From Macrostomum hystrix (lineage: Eukaryota > Animalia > Platyhelminthes): DNA of 64,000 nt. The stretch spans positions 2,232,001-2,296,000 of the forward strand of contig CATNEN010000032.1 in assembly GCA_950097015.1 (NCBI GenBank). Reading direction: 5' to 3'. Positions 1 to 11,209 of this stretch are shown one piece after another (positions within the stretch are counted from its first letter, which is position 1; the number at the start of each line of letters is the position of its first letter). The notes below the pieces were generated by a model. That model did not search any database. It saw only the letters and a program-made list of their open reading frames with translations, and was not told the DNA's origin. Both the position numbers and the translations under genes were made by a program.

Positions 1-215
1 GAACTCAGGTCCATGTCGTCGCCCGCCACCTCCGGAAGTTCGGGCAGTTCTTCAGTGCCATGATCGTTCTCAAGCCACTTAATGAAATCACTCAGGGCCT
101 GGTCATCGTTATGTTCTCCATGCATGCTTACCTCCGACAAAAGTTGCAGCTCGTCCATCTTGACACCGTTTAGCGCGTCGACCGGTAGATTTTTCCAATT
201 GATAAGCGCCGGCAT
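1..215 (-). CDS. Possible partial ORF or exon running off the window start (MPALINWKNLPVDALNGVKMDELQLLSE...)
   Basis: Open acidic frame from the ATG at 215 to the window edge. A GAG|GTAAGC donor-like site lies near 133. No homology recognised. Confidence 0.25.
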   Translation of the reverse strand, partial: MPALINWKNLPVDALNGVKMDELQLLSEVSMHGEHNDDQALSDFIKWLENDHGTEELPELPEVAGDDMDLS

Positions 216-835
216 TTCGTTCGCAGGAGTGGGAAGCTACAAAAAACGCGTCCCTTAACATGTCAAGAGTGATGAGAAATAGACATCCATATTGCAAGTT
301 TTCTGTCTTTGGCCCAAGTAACCTCTGCAGACAACATAGCGAGCAACGTTTAGTCTATGGTCAAGAGGAAAGTCTGGATTAATGGCACTTGAAAAGTGTG
401 GAAAAATGGCCGCAAAAGTGTGGAATAATGACTGCGCGCTGAGTGAAAGTGTACATACAATGCACTTGTATGGTATGCGGCTGAGTGGAATAATGGCCAA
501 ATCACGAGTGCGCTATAGACATCTGGGCGCTCTGACTGCGGGAAATTTTCACTACGGAGATAGGAGAAACGGGTTCTACACCATGGTCGACTCCACGTAT
601 AGAATAATGACAAACAAACGGGAGATTTAGAACGGGGCCAACAGGACGGCCACAATGATCAAAACGCAGAGAAAATCAGGACAGGCATTGCAGAGCCACA
701 GGCATCCGAAATTTGCACCACGGAGATAGGATTTAACAGGTTTTTCCACAATGGCAGACTGCACTCTCAGAACGGTGACAAACAACGGTGAACAGGGAAA
801 ATATCACATTTTATTTGTCTGAAAACATTTCGTAA

Positions 836-1542
836 TCAGAACGCAGACTGGCACTCGCAAATGAAAGGCTGCATGTTGGTGCAGACATTGTCGTCGACTC
901 ACCCATCGGGAAAGTTCCTCCACAAATCGGCGCATGTGGGACCACTGAGTCCGTTGGGCTCGCCAGCGTGCCAGACGTTGGGGTCGATTTGCTGATTGCA
1001 GGCGGTCCAGACCCAGTTGGCCTTGATCCGCGAATCGATGCCAATTGGCCAAGCTCCGCGAAGGTGCAGTCTGCTGCTTCAGGTAGCGGAGACACCGGGC
1101 TTCATCGAGATCATCTTGTTTATTAGGCTTGGTAAAAAAAACGCACGATTTGGTGAACTGTTTTCTATAGTCGAAAAACTCACGTGGAGAGAACTCCAAG
1201 GCAGTGGTATTATATTTAGCCTTCAGCTTGAGGTGTGTGGGGTCTGATGTTAAATGTTTGAATGTACGCATGCAATCAATCGATAGGGGTGGGTGCAAGG
1301 GGGTAGAAAAACAGGGTCGATCCGCCCGTGACTTTCAGACGAACACCACCTCGCTCAAACGCAAATCTAACAAACAGACGGGCTGCAAAAGTACATTTAC
1401 CTCAAAACCACACCTGCATCCGAAAACTTGGACAGTCCCGGATCAGAACTGCAGGCCAGGTTGGCATTGGCCAATGGTTGAGGAAGTCACGACCTTGTAT
1501 GCGGTGCTGTATGCTGGCATGCTGGTAACCAGGTGGACACAG
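836..1542 (-). pseudogene. C-type lectin pseudogene (CTLD only), paralog of 23073-23840 and 33433-34194
   Basis: Manual translation gives ...IKANWVWTACNQQIDPNVWHAGEPNGLSGPTCADLWRNFPDG*VDDNVCTNMQPFICECQSAF*. There is a premature TGA at 899-901, a frameshift after QQTAP, and a 299-bp insertion at 1115-1413. Homology to the intact copies stops at ~1542, so the N-terminal half is absent. Confidence 0.85.
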
Positions 1543-2665
1543 TGAAAAAACACAAAAACAAAAACAGTAAGAAATCCTCAATTCTTATAATAAAATATAT
1601 ATCACATGGCTCTGTGTGACTAATCGTTTTACCTCGTTTCAGCCCTCTGCAGCCTATCCATATTGGTATATTGTAGTTAACCCCGCCACCCCAGCAAAAG
1701 AAGTCGAAGCAGCAAAGCGGCGGTGGCACAAAGCAGCGCGAGGAGGGGAAAGCGACCCCTTCCAATGCCGATATATTTGAAAGTCTAGACGAAGCCAAAG
1801 GCGAAATTATTGCGTGGTTCTAAAAGTAATTAAGGTGGAAAGTTGAAATTAAAAATAGAAGAAAAAAAATTGTCGATGCGACACGCGAGCCAAAGCACGG
1901 CACGCGGGTATATAAAACCCCACCCCCCATAAGGGGTGGGTGAGTAAGCAGCGAGAGAAAAGGGGGTGGGTGGATAACACCCATTACACAACAGGCCCTT
2001 ACAAGAGCCCGCCGTGTAATGGAGACATTAGCGGGCGTGAAACACGTTTCAGGGCCGCCCGCTGTGCATATCCATGGAATTCGACCATAGACAACAGCAG
2101 AGGGCGGGCTGCCGTTAGTTTCAACCTCGTTTCAACGCGCGTAGGCTAACTACAATTGACGTGTCTTCCCTGAAGATGACCGATTGTGGTCGAAATGCAT
2201 TTGCAAAATTCTAAGAAAATTTAACTTAAATGTTGATTTTGAGTTTTCACTATTTAATCTGTAGACAAAACTTAAGAAAAATTATTTTCTCTCTTCTTGG
2301 AAGCATTTCAAACGCAAAACTTGGTACCAGTGTCAGTCTATTCCAATAGTACGAGTATTTCTGTTTGTCTGACAAGATAGCGAATTTTTTTACTGCTGAT
2401 TCTCATGTGTGGATATTTATTGAAACGTGCGAAAGTACTTTACTGAATGCGTTTTTCTGCTAAGCTAGCTTAAAAATACCAAATGCTTAAAAGCCTTTTT
2501 TCTGTCAAAGGCACGAAATTTTTGCCCATAGAATAAAGTCGAAGACCTGTAGCTCCAAATATTTGAAGGACACTTGCATCAGGCATTTATGCCTCACTGA
2601 AAGGCACTCACTGCTCGGTTTTGTCAAAAACTTCTCGGCCAGTCTCAGCAAGGCATCGAACAAAA

Positions 2666-4030
2666 ATGCGCGAGTGCATTTCAATCCACCTCGGCCAGGC
2701 AGGTGTACAGATCGGCAACGCCTGCTGGGAGCTCTTCTGTCTTGAGCATGGAATTCAGGCGGACGGTATGACAATTTCTGGCAAAGGCTTGTGCGATGAT
2801 TCTCAGTCGCCATTCTTTACGGAGACTTTGTCTGGGCAGTACGTGCCTCGCGCGGTGTTCGTAGACCTCGAGCCGACTGTGATTGACGAAGTTCGCTGTG
2901 GAACCTACAGGCAGCTGTTCCACCCGCAGCAGCTCATCTCTGGCACGGAGGATGCGGCCAACAACTATGCGCGCGGCCACTATACAGTCGGCAAAGATCT
3001 GATTGGCAATGTTCGAGATGTCATCAGCCGTGTGGCGGAGAACTGCTCTGGCCTTCAGGGCTTCCTCGTCTATCACTCGTTCGGCGGAGGCAGCGGCTCG
3101 GGATTCACCTCCTTGCTGATGGACCGGCTGACGTCGGAGTACGGCAAGAAATCCAAGCTTCAGTTCGCCGTCTACCCGGCGCCTCAGGTGTCCACCGCAG
3201 TAGTGGAGCCGTTGAATGCCATCTTGTGCACCCACGGAACACTCCAGCATGCGGATTGCGGCATGATCGTAGACAATGAGGCACTCTACGATATCTGCAG
3301 GAGATATTTGGACATCGGGAGGCCGACTTACACGAATTTGAACCGACTAATCGCCCAAGTTGTGTCGTCAATTACCGCTTCGCTTCGGTTTGATGGCCCT
3401 TTAAACGTGGACTTAACTGAGTTCCAAACAAATCTTGTTCCTTATCCGAAGATTCACTTTCCTCTTGTCACTTATTCGCCTATCATTTCAACGGAAAAGG
3501 CAAATCACGAACAACTGAGCGTCAAAGAAATCACAAACTACTGCTTTGAGACCAGCAACCAGATGGTAAAGTGCGACCCTCGGCACGGCAAGTACATGTC
3601 CTGCTGCCTGCTTTACCGCGGCGATGTCTCATCGAAGGACATCAACGACTCAGTCCAAAAGATCAAGAACAAACGCGAGATTCAGTTTGTCGACTGGTGC
3701 CCGACGGGTTTCAAGGTGGGCATTAACTACCAGCCGCCTACCACAATACCTGGGGGAGACCTAGCCAAGACCCAGCGGGCAGTCTGCATGCTGAGCAACA
3801 CCACAGCCATTGCGGAGGCCTGGGACCGACTGACATACAAGTTTGACCTGCTGTACTCCAAGCGAGCATTCGTGCACTGGTACGTCGGTGAAGGCATGGA
3901 GGAAGGAGAGTTCGCCGAAGCTCGTGAAAACCTAGCAGCCATGCAAAAGGACTATGAAGAAGTCGGAGTGGACAGTGTCGAAGGCGAAGAAGAGGAAATC
4001 GAGGAGTTGGATAAGGATGCGAACGAATGA
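2666..4030 (+). CDS. tubA: Alpha-tubulin, divergent intronless isotype, copy 1 (454 aa from the ATG of MREC)
   Basis: MRECISIH start, GGGSGSG tubulin signature, [43 protein letters not shown], and an acidic tail ending DKDANE. The ORF track starts 15 codons upstream at a TTG. Confidence 0.97.
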   Translation: MRECISIHLGQAGVQIGNACWELFCLEHGIQADGMTISGKGLCDDSQSPFFTETLSGQYVPRAVFVDLEPTVIDEVRCGTYRQLFHPQQLISGTEDAANNYARGHYTVGKDLIGNVRDVISRVAENCSGLQGFLVYHSFGGGSGSGFTSLLMDRLTSEYGKKSKLQFAVYPAPQVSTAVVEPLNAILCTHGTLQHADCGMIVDNEALYDICRRYLDIGRPTYTNLNRLIAQVVSSITASLRFDGPLNVDLTEFQTNLVPYPKIHFPLVTYSPIISTEKANHEQLSVKEITNYCFETSNQMVKCDPRHGKYMSCCLLYRGDVSSKDINDSVQKIKNKREIQFVDWCPTGFKVGINYQPPTTIPGGDLAKTQRAVCMLSNTTAIAEAWDRLTYKFDLLYSKRAFVHWYVGEGMEEGEFAEARENLAAMQKDYEEVGVDSVEGEEEEIEELDKDANE

Positions 4031-4484
4031 AGCAAAACTTTGGTTACTTTTTTGCGTAAATTTTGCGTAAGCTACCGGTATGTCTTGAATTGTATGCCTT
4101 GTGCATTTCATTACCTCTTTTTTTGCAAATCTAGCGGCTAAGTCACCATTTAAATCTGTATTGCGGCACTCAGACCAGTGGGTGCTGAGGTTTCGTTGCA
4201 ACTAAGCATCGAAATTCCAGTACCCATTGGGTCGTGTTGGTTTATCTTACTTCGCCGAACCAAATGCATTCGTGGTCTTGTTCGTTTTAAGTATGCATTT
4301 TTCGAGAAAAAACTAAGTACGTTCTTTTATTTTGCTCCATGGTATCATTTTAAGATAATAAAAATCTTGTCAGAAAAAAGCTACTGTTATTGACCTTCAC
4401 TTTGCTTTATTGAAGCACGTCATTCAGTCAAAAGTTCGCCAACAGCTACCCAAAACCACATCTGATTATCATCCCGCTGCTTAG

Positions 4485-4503
4485 TCAGTACACAGACTGG
4501 CAC
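4485..4503 (-). pseudogene. 19-bp remnant of the 3' end of a C-type lectin gene (CQSVY*)
   Basis: tcagtacacagactggcac is identical to 23073-23091 and sits in the equivalent position downstream of the tubulin copy. Confidence 0.7.
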
Positions 4504-4710
4504 ATCTGGTCGTCCGTTCTTTGCTTGCAGGCATACAAGCGAATTGCTTCTTGTGTGCCATCGTTAAACTCAATAGGCTTCTGAGCAGCAAAAAATAATT
4601 TATACCCCAGAAAGTGGTGTGAACGTTGCTTAACAGCCTTCAAAAGTTTAGACAAACTGATAGCTCGCAGACAACAATGCTACTTATCTTACAGTCACGC
4701 GATAAAAAAG

Positions 4711-6071
4711 TTGATGCCAGAGGATGGACAAGTGCTGACTTTTGTGAACTATCAGAGGACGATTGAAGTGCCCTTTGTGCTATACGCCGATCTAGAAGCA
4801 TTCCTCTCTACTACTCCGGATGAGCAACAACAAGAGCATAATACTGGTCCTCGACTGCTAGCTGAACATCGTCCAGCAGCGACCGGATTTATTGTTGTTG
4901 CCAGTGGCATGAAAGGACCAGCTCTGAAGGAGGAAGGAGTCGTCAAGTTTTTCATCAACTCAGAGCCAACCAAGTGCATTGAAGATTTCCTCAAAAAATC
5001 GAAAACGTCGCACGTGAGATTAACAGTTGGAACAGAAGCCACAGCTATCAGAAAGCTGACACAGTCATCATGGCAGAAGCGCATTCAACTCTGCTGAGAA
5101 GTGTCACTACTGCAATCAGAGCTTTTCAAGCTCGGTGGACAAGCATCTTGACCAAGATCACCTAACAGGAGCGACAACGGCGCTGCGTGTGCCCGATGCA
5201 ACATGTCTGCGCAGTTGCGGCGTCGCTTCCTACCCGTCTGCGTACATAATATATCTGCGTACGTCTGCGTACGTGCTTACGTCTGCGTACATAAAAATAT
5301 GACATGCACCTGCTCTCTTTTCAACTGCTCTCGACAGAATGCAGCATTGGAGCATCAATGTAGTGCCTCAGACAACTGAGCGCTATCTAGCGATGCGAGC
5401 CAGGTTCCCTGTCGCAGAGATTCTGCTGGAAAATGGAAAGAAAAAGACGCTAAATTTCACCATCCAGTTTGTTGACACATCTCAGTTTCTGCATAGCAAC
5501 CTAGACAAACTGATTCAAGGCGTTCCATTACAGGACCGAGTTTTGACACTGAAGATGAGGCACTCTCAGCCAATGGTGTCTTTCCTTTTGATTTTGTCAA
5601 GCCTGCCGCTGATCTTAATGCCACTCAACGTCCAGGCAAGCATGAATTTCACAACAAGCTAACAAACACACCCTGCAGTCGTGCTACAATCGCTTGGAAT
5701 CAGCTTGAGGTGAAAAATCTAAGCGAGTACATGCTTGCCTACTTGCAACTTGACATCCGACAACCTCGCTGATGTTTTTCAAAGCTTCCGAAAAATAAGT
5801 CTCATGGACGACGGTCTTGATCCAGCGCACTACATAACAACTCCTGGATTGTCTTGGCTTTAAAGTCTTCTAGCTTCAAACTAGAGTTCTGAGCGATCCC
5901 GACATGTACCGCATGTTTGAGCGAGGCATTAGAGGCGGCATGACATTAATCAATTATCATTATGCAAGTTCAACCAAACCTGACATCTCTACTGCTACAG
6001 CCGCAGGTTCGAGTCTTCGTAGCATGAAAACTGAAGCACTTGTCCCAATCGACATGAACAACCTTTATGGT
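4711..6071 (+). pseudogene. Protein-primed family B DNA polymerase (Polinton type), 5' part, frameshifted
   Basis: VPFVLYADLEAFL; DQDHLTG..GAAC.RCN..LPVCVHN zinc-finger-like segment (~5145-5250); QFVDTSQFLHSNLDKL; FERGIRGG; IDMNNLYG polymerase motif A, cut by the Gypsy insertion. Confidence 0.85.
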
Positions 6072-9000
6072 TGTGGTGACGTGGCTCTGTTTGCGGCTGG
6101 CTAAGGCAGGTGTGTTGTGCACCTGCCCGGCACGTATCCAATTTTGGAATGTACGTGTGTTGATGTACGTGCTTTTAAACCTTCTATCCAATGTGCATGC
6201 GTGGAGTCTGCTATCGATTTTATAAATAAAATAAAATATAAAAGTCGCTGTGTCATCGCGTTTGGTAGTAGAGTTCGTTCTACAATCTTAAGTGAAGTCT
6301 TTACAGTGGCGACGAGAAATGAGCCTAGTTGGCTCTATTGAACCCTTTGAAGAGGGGACAGAAAAATGGCAGCAGTACCAGGAAAGACTGGAGCAGTTTT
6401 TCGAGGCCAATGATATCAAAGATGAGAAAAAGCGCGCCGTTCTCCTCAGTGTCTGCGGCAAGAAGACTTACCAGCTAATAGCCAGCCTGCTAGCTCCTGG
6501 TACTCCGGCTGCAAGCAGCTATGCAGACATCTGCGAAACGCTGAAGAATCACTTCGACCCCGAGCCACCCGAGATCGTTCTGCGCTTCCGTTTCTACACC
6601 CGAAGTCGCCGTGCCGGCGAGTCAATTGCTGACTTCCTCGCCGACCTTCGCAGACTGGCCAGGGACTGCAACTTTGGCAGCAGCCTGGACAGCATGCTCA
6701 GGGACAGGTTCGTGCTTGGCATCAACGACGAAAACATCCAGCGGAGGCTGCTGTCAGAGCGGAAGCTTACGCTCGACACCGCACTGTCTCGAGCCCAGGC
6801 CGAAGCTTCAGCAGCCGAAGGGAACCTGATGGTGACCAAATCTTCGGCCAGCCAGGAGGCCTTCCAAATCGCCAAGCAGCCGGTCGCTAAGCGCTGTTTT
6901 CGGTGTCTCTCGCAGCGGCACGCGGCTGCCAAGTGCACCTTCGTTGACAAAAAATGCTTCAATTGCTCGAAGCTGGGCCACGCGGCTGCTGCCTGCAAGT
7001 CGCCGGCTGCCACAAATCGTCGGGGCGATCAGGCCGTCAGGGAGGTCGAGCTGGAAGAGGAAGAGACGCATTCACTGCACGTAATGGTTGAACGACGGAG
7101 AGGGAAGATTCCGCCGATCGAGACAACGGTGCTTATCGATGGCACGCCGGTGCGCATGGAGATTGACACCGGCGCGTCGGTCTCACTCATTTCGTCGGAC
7201 ACCTTCCGCTCAGAGCTGCGAGGACGGCCCAAGCTTGAGCCCGCCAACGCCCACCTGCGCACGTATTCAGGAGAGCCTGTTCCGCTGCTCGGCAGAATCA
7301 TCGTCCAAGTGCGGGCGGCTGGAGCGACCAAGGAGCTTCCACTGCTTGTCGTCAACGGCTCAGGTTCGAACCTGATCGGCCGCGACTGGCTTGCTGACCT
7401 GCCTCTGGACTGGCGCAGCATCAAGCAGGTGACCAAGGACGGCGAGCACCCGAGAATCCGCGCCCTGCTTGACCAGTACGCCGATGTTTTTGAGCCCGGA
7501 CTCGGTAAGTGCAATGGGCCACCTGTACGGCTGCACTTGAAAGACGGAGCCCGGCCTCGATTTTTCAAAGCGCGCACCGTTCCCTTTGCTCTCAAAGCCA
7601 AGGTGGAGGCCCAGCTCGACAAAGAAATCGAGCAGGGCGTGCTCGTTCCCGTGAACAGCTCGGACTACGCATCGCCGATCGTGCCGGTCCTCAAGTCCGA
7701 CGGCTCGGTGCGCATCTGTGCGGACTTTAAGCAGACGGTCAACATCAACATCGAGCCTGACAAGTACCCGCTGCCACGCATTGACGAGCTTTTTGCCAAG
7801 CTGGCCGGCGGCCAAAAGTTCACCAAGCTCGACTTGTCGCAGGCCTACTCCCAGATGCCGCTTGACGAAGCAGCCCAGCAACTCTGCACCATCAACACCT
7901 CTAAGGGCCTGCTTCGGTATACCCGGCTGCCGTTCGGCGTCGCTCCAGCTGTCGGCATCTTCCAGCGGTACATGGACAGCCTGCTGCAGTCCATCCCGCA
8001 TGTCGCCTGCTTCATTGATGATCTGATCATTACTGGTGCTGACGACGGAAGCCATTTACGCTCCCTAGAGCTGGTGCTGCAGCGACTGCAACAGAGCGGT
8101 CTGCGCTGCGGCCTCGGCAAGTGCAACTTCATGCAGGAGAGCGTCTGCTACCTAGGCCACAGGATCGACGCCGCAGGCCTCCATCCGCTTCAGGACAAGG
8201 TGCGCGCGATCGTGGACGCTCCACCACCGCGGAATGTGACGCAGCTCCGCAGCTTCCTTGGCATGGTCAACTATTATGGCAAGTTCATGCCGAACTTATC
8301 TGCCGAGCTGGCATCGCTGCACCGCCTACTAGACCAGGGCGCCGAGTGGCGTTGGGGTGCCCCGCAAGACGCCGCGTTCAACAAGTGCAAGAAGCTCCTC
8401 AGTAAGGCGCCGGTCCTGGTGCATTTTGACGACAGCAAGCCATTGGTCCTGGAGTGCGACGCCTCGCCGTACGGCATCGGCGCTGTCATCAGCCACCGGA
8501 TTAACGGCATCGACCAGCCGATCGCTTTCGCTTCACGCTCGTTGCACGACGCCGAGACAAGGTATTCCCAGTTGGACAAGGAAGCCCTAGCAATAATCTT
8601 CGGCGTAAAACGCTTTCACTCGTACCTGTACGGCCGGAAATTCACACTCATCAGCGACCACAAGCCGCTGCTGGGGCTGCTGCATGAAGGCAAGCCGATT
8701 CCTGCGATGGCATCAGGCAGGATCCAGCGGTGGGCGCTTCTCCTGTCCGCCTACAGTTACACGATGGAGCACCGGTCCGGCCGATCGCTGCTGCGAGCGG
8801 ACGCGCTGAGCCGGCTGCCGCTTCCCGAGAGACCGCGGGACGCACCAGTACCAGCAGACGTGGTTCTCGTCATGGACATGCTGGACGAAGGACCGGTCAC
8901 AGCCGGAGACATTCGAGTCTGGACCCGGAAGGACCCGGTCCTTTCCAGAGCGCTGCACTTCACCGAATGCGGCTGCTGGCCGGAGCAGACGAGCCCAGAA

Positions 9001-10512
9001 CTGCAGCCGTATCGATCCCGACGCGACCAGCTCAGCGTGCAGGACGGCTGTCTGCTCTGGGGCACTCGAGTCGTGGTGCCGCACGCCGGCCGGTCTGCGC
9101 TGCTACAGTGTCTGCACCAAGGACACCAGGGTGCGTCCAGAATGAAGGCGCTCGCTCGAAGTTTCTTTTGGTGGCCCAAGTTGGATGAGGCGATCGAGCA
9201 GCTTGCCAGTGACTGCGCGGACTGTCGAGAGCTGCAGAAGTCACCGGCACCGGTTCCGCTGCACCCATGGGCGTGGCCGGACAGGCCGTGGTCGCGCCTC
9301 CATATTGATTTTGCAGGCCCAGTCGAGGGCAAGATGCTGCTGGTGGTAGTCGATGCCCACTCCAAGTGGATGGACGTGCATGTCATGACGTCCACAACTT
9401 CGGCGGCGACCATCCAGAGGCTGCGGGAGAGCTTCTGCACTCATGGGCTGCCAGACATCATCGTGACGGACAACGGCCCCAACCTGGTCAGCGAGGAGAT
9501 GGAGAAGTTCCTGCAGCAGAATGGCATCCGGCACGTGCGGACCGCGCCCTACCACCCGGCGTCCAACGGGCAGGCGGAGCGAGCGGTCCAAACGCTAAAG
9601 AAGTCGCTGGCGAAGCAGAAGAGCGGCTCGCTGGAGGGCCGGGTGGCGCGCTTCCTACTGACCTACCGCGTGACGCCGCACGCCACGACTGGCGCCCCGC
9701 CGTGTGAACTGCTGATGGGAAGGCGGCTGCGGTCCCTACTCGATCGAGTGCGGCCGGATCTTCCAGCGAGGGTGGCTCTCCAGCAAGCGATACAGAAACA
9801 GCAACACGACGCCAACGCCCGTGATCGCCACATCGAGGTAGGCGATGCTGTGGTGGCGAGAGATTTCGCGGCCGATGGCAGATGGAAGCCGGCAGTGGTG
9901 ACTGCCAGCTCCGGAGCGGCGTCTTTCTCGTGCCAGTTCGACGACGGCCGGCAGGCTCAGCGCCACATCGATCAGCTGCGCAAGCCGCTGCCAACCGCGC
10001 CAGCCGCTGCGGCCCAGGAGTCGGAAGCCGAGCCTGTCGCGGAACCGGCGGCAGCGGAAACCCAGACATCGGCTGCGGCAGCTGCGGTCGCCAGCGACAC
10101 CGCAGACACGGGCGACCCGGTGCCGATTCGACGGTCAACCAGGCAGCGAGCTACACCGGACAGACTGAGCTATTTTTGACCGACTGACTGAGTTGTTACT
10201 TTTGCCATGACTTTTGCTTTCCTTGATAATTTACCTTGCTTGCCATCTCCCCCCGGTTCCTGTTTTGGTGGGGAGGGATGTGGTGACGTGGCTCTGTTTG
10301 CGGCTGGCTAAGGCAGGTGTGTTGTGCACCTGCCCGGCACGTATCCAATTTTGGAATGTACGTGTGTTGATGTACGTGCTTTTAAACCTTCTATCCAATG
10401 TGCATGCGTGGAGTCTGCTATCGATTTTATAAATAAAATAAAATATAAAAGTCGCTGTGTCATCGCGTTTGGTAGTAGAGTTCGTTCTACAATCTTAAGT
10501 GAAGTCTTTACA
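6072..10512 (+). mobile_element. Full-length Ty3/Gypsy LTR retrotransposon (Mag/K02A2.6-like), 4441 bp
   Basis: Identical 234-bp TG...CA LTRs (6072-6305, 10279-10512). 5-bp TSD ATGGT (6067-6071, 10513-10517). PBS TGGCGACGAG (6307-6316) is complementary to the tRNA-Ser(GCU) 3' end. PPT GGTGGGGAGGGA lies immediately before the 3' LTR. Confidence 0.98.
6319..10179 (+). CDS. Gag-Pol polyprotein (1286 aa), uninterrupted
   Basis: Two CCHC knuckles (CFRC..H..C, CFNC..H..C), protease IDTGA, RT (LPFG, FIDD), RNase H (CDASPYGIG, YSQLDKEALA), integrase HHCC and D-D-E core (HIDFAGP, TDNG, SNGQAERAV). The order PR-RT-RH-IN is Gypsy-type. Confidence 0.97.
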   Translation: MSLVGSIEPFEEGTEKWQQYQERLEQFFEANDIKDEKKRAVLLSVCGKKTYQLIASLLAPGTPAASSYADICETLKNHFDPEPPEIVLRFRFYTRSRRAGESIADFLADLRRLARDCNFGSSLDSMLRDRFVLGINDENIQRRLLSERKLTLDTALSRAQAEASAAEGNLMVTKSSASQEAFQIAKQPVAKRCFRCLSQRHAAAKCTFVDKKCFNCSKLGHAAAACKSPAATNRRGDQAVREVELEEEETHSLHVMVERRRGKIPPIETTVLIDGTPVRMEIDTGASVSLISSDTFRSELRGRPKLEPANAHLRTYSGEPVPLLGRIIVQVRAAGATKELPLLVVNGSGSNLIGRDWLADLPLDWRSIKQVTKDGEHPRIRALLDQYADVFEPGLGKCNGPPVRLHLKDGARPRFFKARTVPFALKAKVEAQLDKEIEQGVLVPVNSSDYASPIVPVLKSDGSVRICADFKQTVNINIEPDKYPLPRIDELFAKLAGGQKFTKLDLSQAYSQMPLDEAAQQLCTINTSKGLLRYTRLPFGVAPAVGIFQRYMDSLLQSIPHVACFIDDLIITGADDGSHLRSLELVLQRLQQSGLRCGLGKCNFMQESVCYLGHRIDAAGLHPLQDKVRAIVDAPPPRNVTQLRSFLGMVNYYGKFMPNLSAELASLHRLLDQGAEWRWGAPQDAAFNKCKKLLSKAPVLVHFDDSKPLVLECDASPYGIGAVISHRINGIDQPIAFASRSLHDAETRYSQLDKEALAIIFGVKRFHSYLYGRKFTLISDHKPLLGLLHEGKPIPAMASGRIQRWALLLSAYSYTMEHRSGRSLLRADALSRLPLPERPRDAPVPADVVLVMDMLDEGPVTAGDIRVWTRKDPVLSRALHFTECGCWPEQTSPELQPYRSRRDQLSVQDGCLLWGTRVVVPHAGRSALLQCLHQGHQGASRMKALARSFFWWPKLDEAIEQLASDCADCRELQKSPAPVPLHPWAWPDRPWSRLHIDFAGPVEGKMLLVVVDAHSKWMDVHVMTSTTSAATIQRLRESFCTHGLPDIIVTDNGPNLVSEEMEKFLQQNGIRHVRTAPYHPASNGQAERAVQTLKKSLAKQKSGSLEGRVARFLLTYRVTPHATTGAPPCELLMGRRLRSLLDRVRPDLPARVALQQAIQKQQHDANARDRHIEVGDAVVARDFAADGRWKPAVVTASSGAASFSCQFDDGRQAQRHIDQLRKPLPTAPAAAAQESEAEPVAEPAAAETQTSAAAAAVASDTADTGDPVPIRRSTRQRATPDRLSYF

Positions 10513-10517
10513 ATGGT

Positions 10518-10905
10518 CATGCTCTATCAATGAACCTTCCAGTCGATTCGTTTGAGTGGGAGTCCACTGAAGAGCTCGAGCACTGGAATGAAGAAGCAAT
10601 TCTTGCACTTCATGACGATGTCTAAACTGCCTATCTCTTTGAATTGGACCTCGAGTATCTAGAGGAAATTCACGACAAAACTCAGGAGTTTCCATTCGCA
10701 CCTGAAAAGGCCACTCCAGAAGTCGACAACTTTCCTGCTTACATGAAGGAGCTATGAAACACGCTGCATCCAGAACAAGCTTACCGTGGAACTGAGAAAC
10801 TGCTACTCATGGCAAGCTTAACTATGTTGCTCACAGCCGAATTTCGAAATTTTATCTACGGCACGGTATGAAGATCAGAAAGGTCATTCGAGCTATTCCA
10901 ACAGT
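10518..10905 (+). pseudogene. Protein-primed PolB, continuation after the Gypsy insertion; the C-terminal motifs are missing
   Basis: Removing the Gypsy element and one TSD restores NNLYG-HALSMNLPVDSFEW. This is followed by AYLFELDLEYLEEIHDKTQEFPFAPEK and NYVAHS...HGMKIRKVIRAI, with stops and frameshifts. Confidence 0.85.
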
Positions 10906-11209
10906 TCGAATTTCGCATCAGCCTGAGCGCTCAGAAATTCTCGCTTCAAAACCGAATCTGAAGTCAAATATATTTACATTTTATTAAATATCGTATCCAG
11001 TTAGACAGATAGAATCAAATTGCGTCTATGGACTTAGAACCACTTAAAATGTACGGTCCATTGTGAAAAAGCAAGCATTTATAGTACTGAAGTTTGCACA
11101 AAATTGCGGGAAAGCTTTCAGGTTCATATTGTGCGTTTTTTTAACTATTGCGACAATAGAAAGGGGCGATGCATGTAGTAAACTGAGTTCTCAATGAGCA
11201 ATAATAGTT

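Noticed and set aside
1905-1940. Helitron/Helentron terminus (GGGTATATA plus CCCACCCC/GGGGTGGG hairpin; similar words at ~18731 and ~32950)
   Set aside because: The motif order differs between sites, there is no matching other end or CTRR terminus, and the words are low-complexity.
4504-4700. Polinton terminal inverted repeat or integrase
   Set aside because: No inverted match to the region near 18650-18900, no (AG)n or (AGT)n terminus, and no retroviral-like integrase other than the one inside the Gypsy.
6594-10187. Many antisense or overlapping ORFs within Gypsy, BEL and tubulin
   Set aside because: These are shadow ORFs of GC-rich coding sequence with no independent motifs.
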